This document shows positions 24,096-32,391 of a stretch of 36,087 nt of DNA, piece after piece. Below the pieces are notes generated by a model that saw only the letters and a list, made by a program, of their open reading frames with translations, made no database searches and had not been told where the DNA came from. The translations under genes and the position numbers were made by a program. This DNA is from Candidatus Uhrbacteria bacterium (GTDB lineage: Bacteria > Patescibacteriota > Patescibacteriia > UBA9934), in NCBI GenBank assembly GCA_023246145.1, contig JAHFIZ010000002.1, forward strand, positions 1 through 36,087. The letters are read 5' to 3'. Within the stretch, counting starts at the first letter, position 1; the number at the start of each line of letters is the position of its first letter.

Positions 24096-25142
24096 TTAGG
24101 TCCAATCTTCGAGAACGGCGCCTTTTGAATACTCAGTCGCTCGATTTTCGAAAAAGTTTGTATGCTCTTTGGCGTTGATCATGGTGTCTAACCATTCAAG
24201 CGGGTTACTGACGTTATAGGTGGCATCAAGTCCCAGGTCATTCAGTCTTCTGTCTGCAATGTAGCGAATGTATTGCTTCACCTGATCTGGCGTCAGTCCA
24301 GGGACTGGTCCAAGGCTGAAGCACGTATCAATAAATGCGTCTTCCAGCCGCACCATATCATCACACGCGGCGTAAAGCGTTCTCTTGAAAGCATCTGTCC
24401 AAAGGTATTTATTCTCTGCAATCAAGTCTCTGAAGAGGTGGCAAACGCCTTTGGAGTGGAGGCTTTCATCACGGATACTCCAGGTAACCACCTGTCCCAC
24501 GCCCTTCATCTTGCCCATGCGCGGATAATTCATGAGGATGGCAAAGGAGGAGAAAAGGCTCACTCCCTCCATGAATCCGCCAAAGACGGCGAGGTTCAAG
24601 GCGAGATCCTCTACATTGTGGACGTCGAATTTCTGGATGTAATCGTACTTAGCCCGCATGGAGGCGATATCCAGGAAAACGGAGTATTCCTTTTCCGGCA
24701 GGCCGAGCGAATCATTCAGGTACGAGTAGGCCCAGACGTGGACGCTCTCCATAGCTGCAAAAGCGGAAAGCATCATCTTGATCTCCGGTTTAGGAAATGC
24801 CGGAATCAATTTTTGGTTGTAATTATTATTCACCTCTATATCTCCCTGCGTGAAAAAGCGGAGAATCTGGATGATGAGGTTTGATTCCTCCGGTGACAGG
24901 CGGAACCTATAGTCCGCAATGTCACTTTCCATGGGCACCTCCGTGGGCAGCCAGTGCGCCTGATTTTGTTTTTGGAAATATTCGTAGTACTGCGGATATT
25001 CAAAAGGCCTATAAAACTTCCGAGGCGTGAGAAGCGTAGATATCTTCCCGGTCTCTTTGGTAACAAACGTTTGTAGGCTTGTCTGATACATAGACTCGGA
25101 AAAACGGTCTGAGATAAAGAAAAGGTCCTGAAGGAGGACCAT
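24096..25142 (-). CDS. nrdB: class I ribonucleoside-diphosphate reductase, beta subunit (tyrosyl-radical type)
   Basis: 348 aa. MESVHVWAYSY has Glu-x-x-His with Tyr at +7, as in E. coli E115/H118/Y122. Also EGVSLFSSFA and IRDESLH. An alternative start is the ATG at 25091 (MYQTS...). Confidence 0.9.
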   Translation of the reverse strand: MVLLQDLFFISDRFSESMYQTSLQTFVTKETGKISTLLTPRKFYRPFEYPQYYEYFQKQNQAHWLPTEVPMESDIADYRFRLSPEESNLIIQILRFFTQGDIEVNNNYNQKLIPAFPKPEIKMMLSAFAAMESVHVWAYSYLNDSLGLPEKEYSVFLDIASMRAKYDYIQKFDVHNVEDLALNLAVFGGFMEGVSLFSSFAILMNYPRMGKMKGVGQVVTWSIRDESLHSKGVCHLFRDLIAENKYLWTDAFKRTLYAACDDMVRLEDAFIDTCFSLGPVPGLTPDQVKQYIRYIADRRLNDLGLDATYNVSNPLEWLDTMINAKEHTNFFENRATEYSKGAVLEDWT

Positions 25143-25171
25143 TTTTCAATGATTTCCCCCATCGACGAGCT

Positions 25172-25220
25172 ACACAACATGTTGTGGAGCGCCATAGCAG
25201 TATACCACTACCGCTAGTGT
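25172..25220 (-). promoter_or_regulatory. two NrdR-box-like palindromes overlapping a putative nrd promoter
   Basis: acacaacatgttgtgg (25172-25187, with a perfect 14-bp core palindrome) and ccactaccgctagtgt (25205-25220). Their centres are 33 bp apart. On the minus strand TTCCCA-N16-TATACT has box 2 in its spacer and box 1 just downstream. Confidence 0.5.
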
Positions 25221-25320
25221 TGGGAAATCTTTTGTGGATAAGGATATATCGTGGCGAATGTCCGCCAAAACTCCCGCGTTGCGTCGCAAAAGAAGGCCGG
25301 TAACCCTCCTCCCTAAGCAC

Positions 25321-28300
25321 CTAATGACAAAGCAGAGCGCTTGGCGCACTGTCAGGCACGTAAACAACGAGACCTAGATTATCGCTCGGATAACCTACCG
25401 AACTTGAAAGAGCTGACGGATCAAAGGAAATATCATCTGTGGATACGCCAATCGTGTAATCACTGAAGAAAGCGTCACTGATATCGTCAATATTCCTGTT
25501 CCAATTCTCTCCGTACAGTAAAACGGCGTCGGCTTCTGTGGGAATAGGATGAAGCACGCCTTCTGCGCCCACGGCGTAAACAGTGCGAGATGTCAGGAAC
25601 TTCACCATCTTGAATCCTGGCCTATAGGTAATACTCTCCCCCAACCCCATCTTGGCCATCACAGAAGGAGCAATGATGCGTACCAGAGAAAAATCACAGA
25701 ACCACGTAAAATAGACTTTGCTGTTTACAAAGGCGTGACGATAACCATCCGCGCCTACGTAGTAGACCGCAGAATCAAACTGGGTGGCCGGGTTTCTATC
25801 ATCAGCAAGCTTCACCAAGCTATGTACCGAAACCGGAAGCGCATCCACACGCCTAGCGCGCTCCGCTAGGATTTCTCCCAGACTGTCTCCAGGCTCCTGC
25901 ACAACAGGCAGCGCTTCAGCGGGGATAAGAACACCTGAGCTTACTGAGGCAAAACCTGGTGAAGAACCCCGTGGAGAACTAGGCGCTACTTCAAACGTCA
26001 TGGTCTTGCCGGCGTCTGCCTCCACTACCGTATACGTAATGCCGGTTGCGTCTTGAATGCCCGTCCCATCCCGCAGCCAACGGAAACCCGAATCACCCTC
26101 TATATCCCCATTCGCATCAAAGTAGGTATAGCTCCCCGTGAGTACCTGACCAACCTCAGCGATTCCCGTGATAGCAACATCAAGCGCTTGCGGCAAGGCG
26201 TTTTCCGCACCACCACCGTTCAAAAAATATGTGACAAAGGCCTCCGTCTGGCTACCAATCCCGCTTTCAACGGGAGAGCCAGCCAATGTAGAAATAAATA
26301 TTTCCCGTCCTGTCTGGGCTGCTGAAGTCACCGTGGCCGTATACGTTCCATCACCGTTATCAGTTACCGCGCTCACAACACCTGCGCCTCCCGAGCCGCC
26401 GGAGCTCAGAATAGTTACGGTATCTCCACCAAAACCAGCCAAACTACCGTCCGCGTTTTTGGCGATCACCGTGAGTATTTGGATGCTCGTCCCATTGGCC
26501 ATGATCCTTGAGCTTACAGGAGTAAGAGTAGACTCTGCTGGGTCAAGCGTGCCCACATAGGTGAGGACAACATCATTCCCCGTACCTGCGGCGTAATTAA
26601 TCCTAAACTGCTTACCGTCAAGCATGAGAAGTTCGCCCTCTCCTAAACCAGAAAATGTTCCCGTGATCCCGTCCGAACCGTCATTATTGATAATGGTAAA
26701 CGTATTCGTCACCGCTGGAGTAAATCCCACGGTGCCAGACAGCGCGGCGCCGGTAATATTCACCGTACCCGTCACATTCAACTGGTCATACGTAGTGCCA
26801 ACGGTCGTACCGTCTAACTGGACAAAAAACGTTGTAGGCCCAGCGCTCCAGTCCACTGAACCGCTATTCAAGATGCCGGGACTGCTACCCGGCGCTACAG
26901 TTCCACCAAAAGAACTGGCAATGATATCTCCCGCCGTACCCACACCGCTTAATACCCCTCCGTTTAAAGAAATATCGCTATCTGTGACCGTGCCGTCCAC
27001 CACTAAATTTCCACTCGTAATAGTAGTGGCTCCAGTAGTAACCACCGTTCCATTCATAAAGAGCGCTGAGGTACTGCTGTCTTGAATAACACCGATTACA
27101 TTAACGCCAATACCATCGTCTAAATTCGTTTGGCCGGCTCCGTTACCAGAGTTTGTAATAGATCCCACGTTGTTGATAGAGGTTGTAGAAATCGTAATAC
27201 CTCCGGAAATAGCGCTGTTATTGCGTAAGATAATGTTTCCTGTCCCTGTGGCGCCGCCGGAGATAGTTAAAATCGCACTACCGCTCGGGTTACTGTTTAT
27301 TATTGTTGTACCAGAGCCGTTTGCCGTGAGTGCACCACTCACCGTTAGCGCTGACGTAGCACTATTCTCCGTGATACCGGTCACATTAGAACCAATACCA
27401 ACTGAAAGAGTTTCCGCTCCGCTTCCCGTGCCCGAGTTCGTAACAACTCCCACGTTATTAATGGCAGTGGTTGAAAAAGTGACGCCATTAGCAATTGAAC
27501 TGTTGTTATTAATGGCCAGATTGCCAGTACCGGTCACTCCGCTTGAAATAGTAAATAATTTAGAGCCGCTAGCATTAGCATTCGTAAGCGTAGTGCCGGC
27601 ACTATTAACGGTAATGGCCGTGGTGCCGATGGTTAAGGCGGAAGTAGCGCTGTTCTCCGTGATACCCGTCACGTTAGAACCAATCCCGCTAGAAATAGTG
27701 GTCGTCCCAGAACCGGCCCCAATATTAGTCACCGTACCAGCATTATTAACGGCCGCGGTTGAAAAAGTGATCGTCCCTGTGGTGGCGTTTTCGTTAATTG
27801 TTAAATTATTCGTACCGGTCACCCCGCCAGAGAACGTAGTTGAGATGGCCGTACCGGTGTTACCAATAGTTAACGTGCCCGTAGTACCAGTAGCGAGCAC
27901 AATCGACTGAGGAAAGGTGACGCCTGTTTTATTTATGAGAATCGTAGCATTGGCACTTCCGCTTGTATCGCCAAGAGTAATAACACTTGCAGATGTACCA
28001 AAAACGTTCGACGTAGCCACATTAGCCAGAACCGTACCGGACTTAACCGTTACGCCACTTGTAAAACTACTGCTACCACCCAAGGTTAACTGCGAAGTAG
28101 CACTATTCTGAATCACGCCAGTCACATTTGTAGAGATAGTATCAATAGCCACAGCACCAGTCCCAGAACCAGAATTTGTAATAGTGCCGATATTATTGTG
28201 TGAAGCGGTTGAAATTATGCCATTAACTATGGAACTATTATTATTAAGTATTAGGTTGCCGGTGCCTGTAACGGCTCCATGCGTAAAGACGGCACTACCG

Positions 28301-30099
28301 CTAGAATTATTATTAGAAAGTGTTGTGCCAGAACTATTAACTACTAAGGCGCCAATAGTTAAGGCAGAAGTTCCGCTATTCTCAGTTACCGCGGTGACAT
28401 TCAGGCCAATGCTTGCGGTAATAGTAACGGCCCCAGATCCAGTACCAGAATTTGTAATAGTACCGGTATTATTTACAGACGTGGTGATAAGGGTGATACC
28501 AGCGGAAAGACTACTATTATTATTCAGAATCAAGTTACCCATGCCGGTGACGCCGCCTGAAACCGTTAATGCCTTAGTACCCGCCGTATTCGTAAGTGTA
28601 GTACCGACACCATTCACAGTAAGAGCACCACTAACGGTCAGCGCCGAGGTAGTACTATTTTGCGTAATAGCATTCACATTTGCTCCTATACCACCAGTAA
28701 TACTGACCAAGCCGGAACCAGAACCAGAGTTTGTGATAGCTCCTGCATGATTCACCGAGGTAGTGGAAAGTGTAATACCGGATGCAAGGCTACTGTTGTT
28801 ATTTAAAATAAGGTTCCCGGTACCTGTTGTCCCCCCGGAAATGGTGAGGATTTTTGTACCGGCTGTGTTTGTGAGCGTAGTAGCCGTACTATTCACAGTA
28901 AGAGCACCACTAACGGTCAGCGCCGAGGTAGTACTATTTTGCGTAATAGCATTCACATTTGCTCCTATACCACCGGCCACAGTAACCGAACCGGTACCAG
29001 TACCAGAATTCGTGATGGTTCCAGTATTATTTATCGCACTAAATTGGGTGGAAATACCGCTATTGACCACACCATTGTTGTTTAAAATCAGATTGCCCGT
29101 ACCATTAATCGCAGTGTTGATACTTAATTGCTTCGTTCCGCTAGCATTATTATTTGTCAGCGTAGTTCCACCACTATTTACCGTGACTACAGTGGCAGCG
29201 GTGGTGTAAATCGTTAAGCCTGAGGTAGTACTATTTTCCGTAATTGCCGTAACATTCGAACCGATCCCACCAGCAATGCCCGTTGTACCCGACCCCGCTC
29301 CAATATTTGTCACCGTCCCGATGTTATTGATAGGCGCAGTTCTAAACTCGATCGTCCCGGTAGTGGCGTTTTCGTTGATAGTAAGATTATTTGTTCCAGT
29401 TACTCCGCCAGAAAATAAAGGTGAGATTGCCGTGCCAGTATTTCCGACGGTAAGCGTACCGATAGTACCAGTAGCAAGGACTATGGGGTTCGCATAATTC
29501 AGACCGGTCGTACCCACTAGGAGCGTGGCGTTTGCGCTGCCGCTTGTATAACCAATAGTCACGGTACCGGTGCCGGTCGCACCGCCGAGCGCTTTATTAC
29601 TTGTCATGGCAGTCACGGTGCCGGACTCAATGGTCAAACCACCCGTAAACGTGTTCACCCCGGATAATGTCAAAATAGCCGTACCCGTTCCGCTCATGGT
29701 CACAGAACCAGCACCGCCGATGATGAGAGAAACGGTGCTCGTGCCTGTGCTGTAGGTATCTGCAGTCAAACCGGTGGTTAAGCTTAGAGAATTGCCAGTA
29801 ATCGTGTAACCAGCGGCAGAGATGGTAATTGAGCCAAAACTCGTACCCAAGGTCAGATCATTATTGGCTGTTGGTCTCGCTGCTACACCGGTTGCGTCAA
29901 AAATAAGACTATCCCCTGCCACTGGCGCCACATCCCCTACCCAGTTTGCTGCCGTAGTCCAATTGTTATCTCCGCCGCCGCCGTCCCAGGTCAGAGTAGA
30001 TGCCGCCCGTACCGGCCAAGAAAACAAACCTATCCCGCATAAGCAGATAACTCCTCCCATCAGCACGATCCGGATAGACGTCAACATGGAAAAGGCCAA
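25321..30099 (-). CDS. giant secreted repeat protein (autotransporter-associated beta-strand/PATR-like repeats plus C-terminal Ig-like domains), putative adhesin
   Basis: 1592 aa (TTG at 30099; an ATG at 30087 is more likely). Signal peptide ...LFSWPVRAAS; TLTWDGGGGDNNWTTAANWVGDVAPVAGDSLIFD; VNTFTGGLTIESGTV; about 93-aa Thr/Gly/Asn-rich tandem repeats. An invasin/Big_1-like segment (ANGTSIQILTVIAKNADGS...DNGDGTYTATVTS) lies near the C-terminus. Confidence 0.85.
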   Translation of the reverse strand: MAFSMLTSIRIVLMGGVICLCGIGLFSWPVRAASTLTWDGGGGDNNWTTAANWVGDVAPVAGDSLIFDATGVAARPTANNDLTLGTSFGSITISAAGYTITGNSLSLTTGLTADTYSTGTSTVSLIIGGAGSVTMSGTGTAILTLSGVNTFTGGLTIESGTVTAMTSNKALGGATGTGTVTIGYTSGSANATLLVGTTGLNYANPIVLATGTIGTLTVGNTGTAISPLFSGGVTGTNNLTINENATTGTIEFRTAPINNIGTVTNIGAGSGTTGIAGGIGSNVTAITENSTTSGLTIYTTAATVVTVNSGGTTLTNNNASGTKQLSINTAINGTGNLILNNNGVVNSGISTQFSAINNTGTITNSGTGTGSVTVAGGIGANVNAITQNSTTSALTVSGALTVNSTATTLTNTAGTKILTISGGTTGTGNLILNNNSSLASGITLSTTSVNHAGAITNSGSGSGLVSITGGIGANVNAITQNSTTSALTVSGALTVNGVGTTLTNTAGTKALTVSGGVTGMGNLILNNNSSLSAGITLITTSVNNTGTITNSGTGSGAVTITASIGLNVTAVTENSGTSALTIGALVVNSSGTTLSNNNSSGSAVFTHGAVTGTGNLILNNNSSIVNGIISTASHNNIGTITNSGSGTGAVAIDTISTNVTGVIQNSATSQLTLGGSSSFTSGVTVKSGTVLANVATSNVFGTSASVITLGDTSGSANATILINKTGVTFPQSIVLATGTTGTLTIGNTGTAISTTFSGGVTGTNNLTINENATTGTITFSTAAVNNAGTVTNIGAGSGTTTISSGIGSNVTGITENSATSALTIGTTAITVNSAGTTLTNANASGSKLFTISSGVTGTGNLAINNNSSIANGVTFSTTAINNVGVVTNSGTGSGAETLSVGIGSNVTGITENSATSALTVSGALTANGSGTTIINSNPSGSAILTISGGATGTGNIILRNNSAISGGITISTTSINNVGSITNSGNGAGQTNLDDGIGVNVIGVIQDSSTSALFMNGTVVTTGATTITSGNLVVDGTVTDSDISLNGGVLSGVGTAGDIIASSFGGTVAPGSSPGILNSGSVDWSAGPTTFFVQLDGTTVGTTYDQLNVTGTVNITGAALSGTVGFTPAVTNTFTIINNDGSDGITGTFSGLGEGELLMLDGKQFRINYAAGTGNDVVLTYVGTLDPAESTLTPVSSRIMANGTSIQILTVIAKNADGSLAGFGGDTVTILSSGGSGGAGVVSAVTDNGDGTYTATVTSAAQTGREIFISTLAGSPVESGIGSQTEAFVTYFLNGGGAENALPQALDVAITGIAEVGQVLTGSYTYFDANGDIEGDSGFRWLRDGTGIQDATGITYTVVEADAGKTMTFEVAPSSPRGSSPGFASVSSGVLIPAEALPVVQEPGDSLGEILAERARRVDALPVSVHSLVKLADDRNPATQFDSAVYYVGADGYRHAFVNSKVYFTWFCDFSLVRIIAPSVMAKMGLGESITYRPGFKMVKFLTSRTVYAVGAEGVLHPIPTEADAVLLYGENWNRNIDDISDAFFSDYTIGVSTDDISFDPSALSSSVGYPSDNLGLVVYVPDSAPSALLCH
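27100..29410 (-). repeat. in-frame tandem coding repeats, period about 279 nt (93 aa), with a higher-order duplication
   Basis: Repeated protein unit ...GTGNLILNNNSS..ITNSG.GSG..TI..GIG.NV.AITQNSTTSALTVSGALTVN..TTLTN.AGTK.LT.SGG. An 84-nt stretch is identical at 28612-28695 and 28891-28974. The blocks starting TSGSANATLL (res ~185) and TSGSANATIL (res ~700) duplicate about 100 aa at longer range. Confidence 0.8.
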
Positions 30100-30204
30100 C
30101 CAAAGATGTAAAAAACCCGCGCCTCATCCTTGAGTGCGGGCCTCTTGGGCCTCATGCGGAGAGTATACTCCACTTCTCAACAATTCTTACTAAAAACCAA
30201 GCGT

Positions 30205-30250
30205 ATAAAAACAACGCCCGCCGTCACCCTCGTACAGGGCAATGGCGGGC
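30205..30250 (-). terminator. intrinsic terminator after the helicase gene
   Basis: Minus strand reads gcccgcc-(21-nt loop with an inner stem)-ggcgggc followed by gttgttttt (plus-strand stems at 30216-30222 and 30244-30250). Confidence 0.6.
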
Positions 30251-30268
30251 TCCGCTTCCAAACTCGAG

Positions 30269-31534
30269 CTAGTCCTCGCTGTCATCCACCTCAGTGAGGC
30301 CGAACGCCTGGACGCGTAAACGCTCCAAGGCCTCACGGGAGATCTGGCGCACGCGTTCGCGCGACAGGCCCATGTCTTCTCCCACCTCTTTAAGCGTCAT
30401 TTCCTCTTCGGCAAAAAGCTTGCTGAGGACGTAGCGCTGGCGTTCGGTCAGGAGCATTGCCCGCCCTTCCTCAAGACGCTGAAGGAGGACGGGACGGCAA
30501 ACTTGTTCGTCAGGGTCCGGAGCTTCGTCCGACTCCGCGAGAGCCAGCCAGCCGTACTCCACATCCTTCGCGCCCCTCATCACGCCTGCAAGAAGGTGCG
30601 CCACGTCTTCATCGCAGCTTTGCGGCTCTTCAGGCAAGTTCTCAAACTGCCTAAGGAGCCACGTGGCCGCGATGCTCGGGTAGAGACGGCGCAGGAAGCC
30701 AGCGTAGTAGCGCTTTCCACGGGGGACACCGCAGTAGCGCAGAAGCTGGAGACCGAACCCTTCAAACAGGTGATGCTCAAAGGACGCGGTCGAAAACCTC
30801 GCGTAGCTCGGAAACGCCTTCCCGTCAGAGATCTTGAAGACACTTTGAATGACTTCTTTGACCTCTTTCGGAGACTTCGGGTCAAGCCGTTGCGCTGCCG
30901 TAGAGAAGGTATGAAGGATGGGCTCCGGCCGTTTTGCGGGCCGAGGCTTCTTCTCCTTTTCTTCCTCCTTGGGCAAGAGCGGCTTCCTTGCCTTCTTTTC
31001 GCGCTCCACCTCGGTATCCAACCACGCCTCGTACCCGCCGGCGTCCACCGAAAGGCCGAAAAGCATCTGCGGGACAACCGGGATACGAACAAGGTTCTCG
31101 GGCAGGAGGACGTAAATCCTCGCGCCCTGAGTCCCGTTCTTCGTCAGCACCCGGAAATACTTCTGCTTCGCCACTACCTCCGAAAGCCCGGGAGCGAGAT
31201 CAATGAGAAGCTTGCAGACAACGCTGTCCCAGCCCTCAATGAACACGCCCACGACAACAAACGTATCCAGCGTTCCCGCGTCATACGCCTCCACCATCAG
31301 CTTGCGGAGCTTGACGGCGGTGGTACCGAGCACAAGCTTCGGCTCCGGCGTTTCCGGCGGACGGTTTTTCACGAGGTAGTCATGGGCGCGCTCCGCTTGA
31401 GCACGGTCCGTGCACGTGTCGAGTGCCTGAAGCTCCCTGTTTCCCTCAATGTCGTAGCGGAGGGGTGCGCGCGGCTTCAAGAAACGGGTCGGCGGACATG
31501 ACCTTGCCGAGCGTCTCTTTATCGTAGTCGCCAT
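30269..31534 (-). CDS. C-terminal part of a split SF2 helicase, ending in a sigma-70 region-4-like HTH
   Basis: The 421-aa ORF overlaps the upstream ORF by 89 nt in the +1 frame. It has helicase C-domain-like segments (VVVGVFIEGWDS, SEVVAKQKYFRVLTK). The last ~60 aa, LLTERQRYVLSKLFAEEEMTLKEVGEDMGLSRERVRQISREALERLR, match the sigma-70 region 4.2 pattern. Confidence 0.7.
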   Translation of the reverse strand: MATTIKRRSARSCPPTRFLKPRAPLRYDIEGNRELQALDTCTDRAQAERAHDYLVKNRPPETPEPKLVLGTTAVKLRKLMVEAYDAGTLDTFVVVGVFIEGWDSVVCKLLIDLAPGLSEVVAKQKYFRVLTKNGTQGARIYVLLPENLVRIPVVPQMLFGLSVDAGGYEAWLDTEVEREKKARKPLLPKEEEKEKKPRPAKRPEPILHTFSTAAQRLDPKSPKEVKEVIQSVFKISDGKAFPSYARFSTASFEHHLFEGFGLQLLRYCGVPRGKRYYAGFLRRLYPSIAATWLLRQFENLPEEPQSCDEDVAHLLAGVMRGAKDVEYGWLALAESDEAPDPDEQVCRPVLLQRLEEGRAMLLTERQRYVLSKLFAEEEMTLKEVGEDMGLSRERVRQISREALERLRVQAFGLTEVDDSED

Positions 31535-32315
31535 TCGGCCGAAGGGAGACGAGCGAACCGTCCACGCCGAGCGAGAGCACCTTGGCGCTCAAGGGGGCGA
31601 AGAGGTCCAGCGCCACCGCCTGAGGCAGGGTGACTTCGTGGATCAAGTACGGGAACAGAGCACCGAGCGTACGCTCTTCATCAAAGTCCGGCGTAGCCGT
31701 ACAAGCGATGACGAGCGCATGCAGGAAGAGCGTGCGAAGCATCTCCATCCGCGCCTCAGACATTGCCCGGTGGCCCTCGTCGCAAAAGACGAAAAGGGCT
31801 TCACGGATCTCCGCCGGCACATTCCCATCCTTCACGAGGGCGAGCAGGCTCTGATAGGTGATGATATTCACGCCACCCCGCACAAGCGCCTTAGCATCCG
31901 AGTAGTAGATACCGAGCTTGAGGCTAGGCACCTGCTCGTGGAGCTTCCGGACCGCCTGTTCCGCCAAGTCCTTCGTGGGGACAATGTAGAGCGCAGTAGC
32001 GCCGGTGGCCGCAATCACATCCGCGATGATCACCGTCTTTCCCGTCCGCGGCGGCTGGATGAACCGCGCAAACGGAAACGGGCTGTCCGGACTCCGGGAC
32101 ATGTATTCTGCGGCCTCTTCCAGATACCGGAGAAAGCTGCGGAACACGTCCATCTGCTCCCCGCGGAGCGTCTTTGTGGTGGCGTGAGTTCTAAACCCAC
32201 GCTCCACGGCGGCCTGCATGCGCCTGACCGCGCTGTGCACACGTGCGAGCGTAGTAGGCGCAGAACGCCCGTCACGATGGGTATTGTTCATGGTTCCTCC
32301 AAAACCGTTAGGCAT
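31446..32315 (-). CDS. N-terminal part of a split SF2 (ResIII/DEAD-like, DExH) helicase
   Basis: 289 aa. Motif I PPRTGKT, motif II VFCDEGH, motif III CTATP. GGAGA lies 5 nt before the ATG. High GC. Confidence 0.75.
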   Translation of the reverse strand: MPNGFGGTMNNTHRDGRSAPTTLARVHSAVRRMQAAVERGFRTHATTKTLRGEQMDVFRSFLRYLEEAAEYMSRSPDSPFPFARFIQPPRTGKTVIIADVIAATGATALYIVPTKDLAEQAVRKLHEQVPSLKLGIYYSDAKALVRGGVNIITYQSLLALVKDGNVPAEIREALFVFCDEGHRAMSEARMEMLRTLFLHALVIACTATPDFDEERTLGALFPYLIHEVTLPQAVALDLFAPLSAKVLSLGVDGSLVSLRPNGDYDKETLGKVMSADPFLEAARTPPLRH

Positions 32316-32362
32316 GATTTCTCCGAACTGAAACTGGCTTCCGTAAAATTACGGAAGCTCTT

Positions 32363-32391
32363 ATATTAGCGAAAAAACAGCGTTTTGTCAA
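32363..32391 (-). promoter_or_regulatory. sigma-70-type promoter (TTGACA-N17-TAATAT) for the helicase gene
   Basis: Minus-strand TTGACA corresponds to plus-strand 32386-32391, followed by a 17-nt spacer, then TAATAT at plus-strand 32363-32368. An 8-bp hairpin gcttccgt/acggaagc (32337-32358) follows in the leader. Confidence 0.6.

Noticed and set aside
27100-29410. A regularly spaced repeat array that might be mistaken for CRISPR.
   Set aside because: The period is ~279 nt and in frame within a continuous 1592-aa ORF. The repeats are long and divergent with no short conserved repeat/spacer alternation, and no cas genes are nearby.
26053-29755. A series of plus-strand ORFs (for example 26168..26560, 27170..27910, 28184..28750, 28763..29209) opposite the giant gene.
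   Set aside because: They are Val/Pro/Leu-rich mirror images of the Thr/Gly/Asn codons of the minus-strand repeat protein and repeat with the same period. They are antisense shadows, not genes.
30503-31501. A 332-aa plus-strand ORF, and several shorter ones, antisense to the helicase gene.
   Set aside because: High GC keeps antisense frames open. The translation is Arg/Leu/Pro-rich without motifs, whereas the minus strand carries clear helicase and sigma-r4 motifs.
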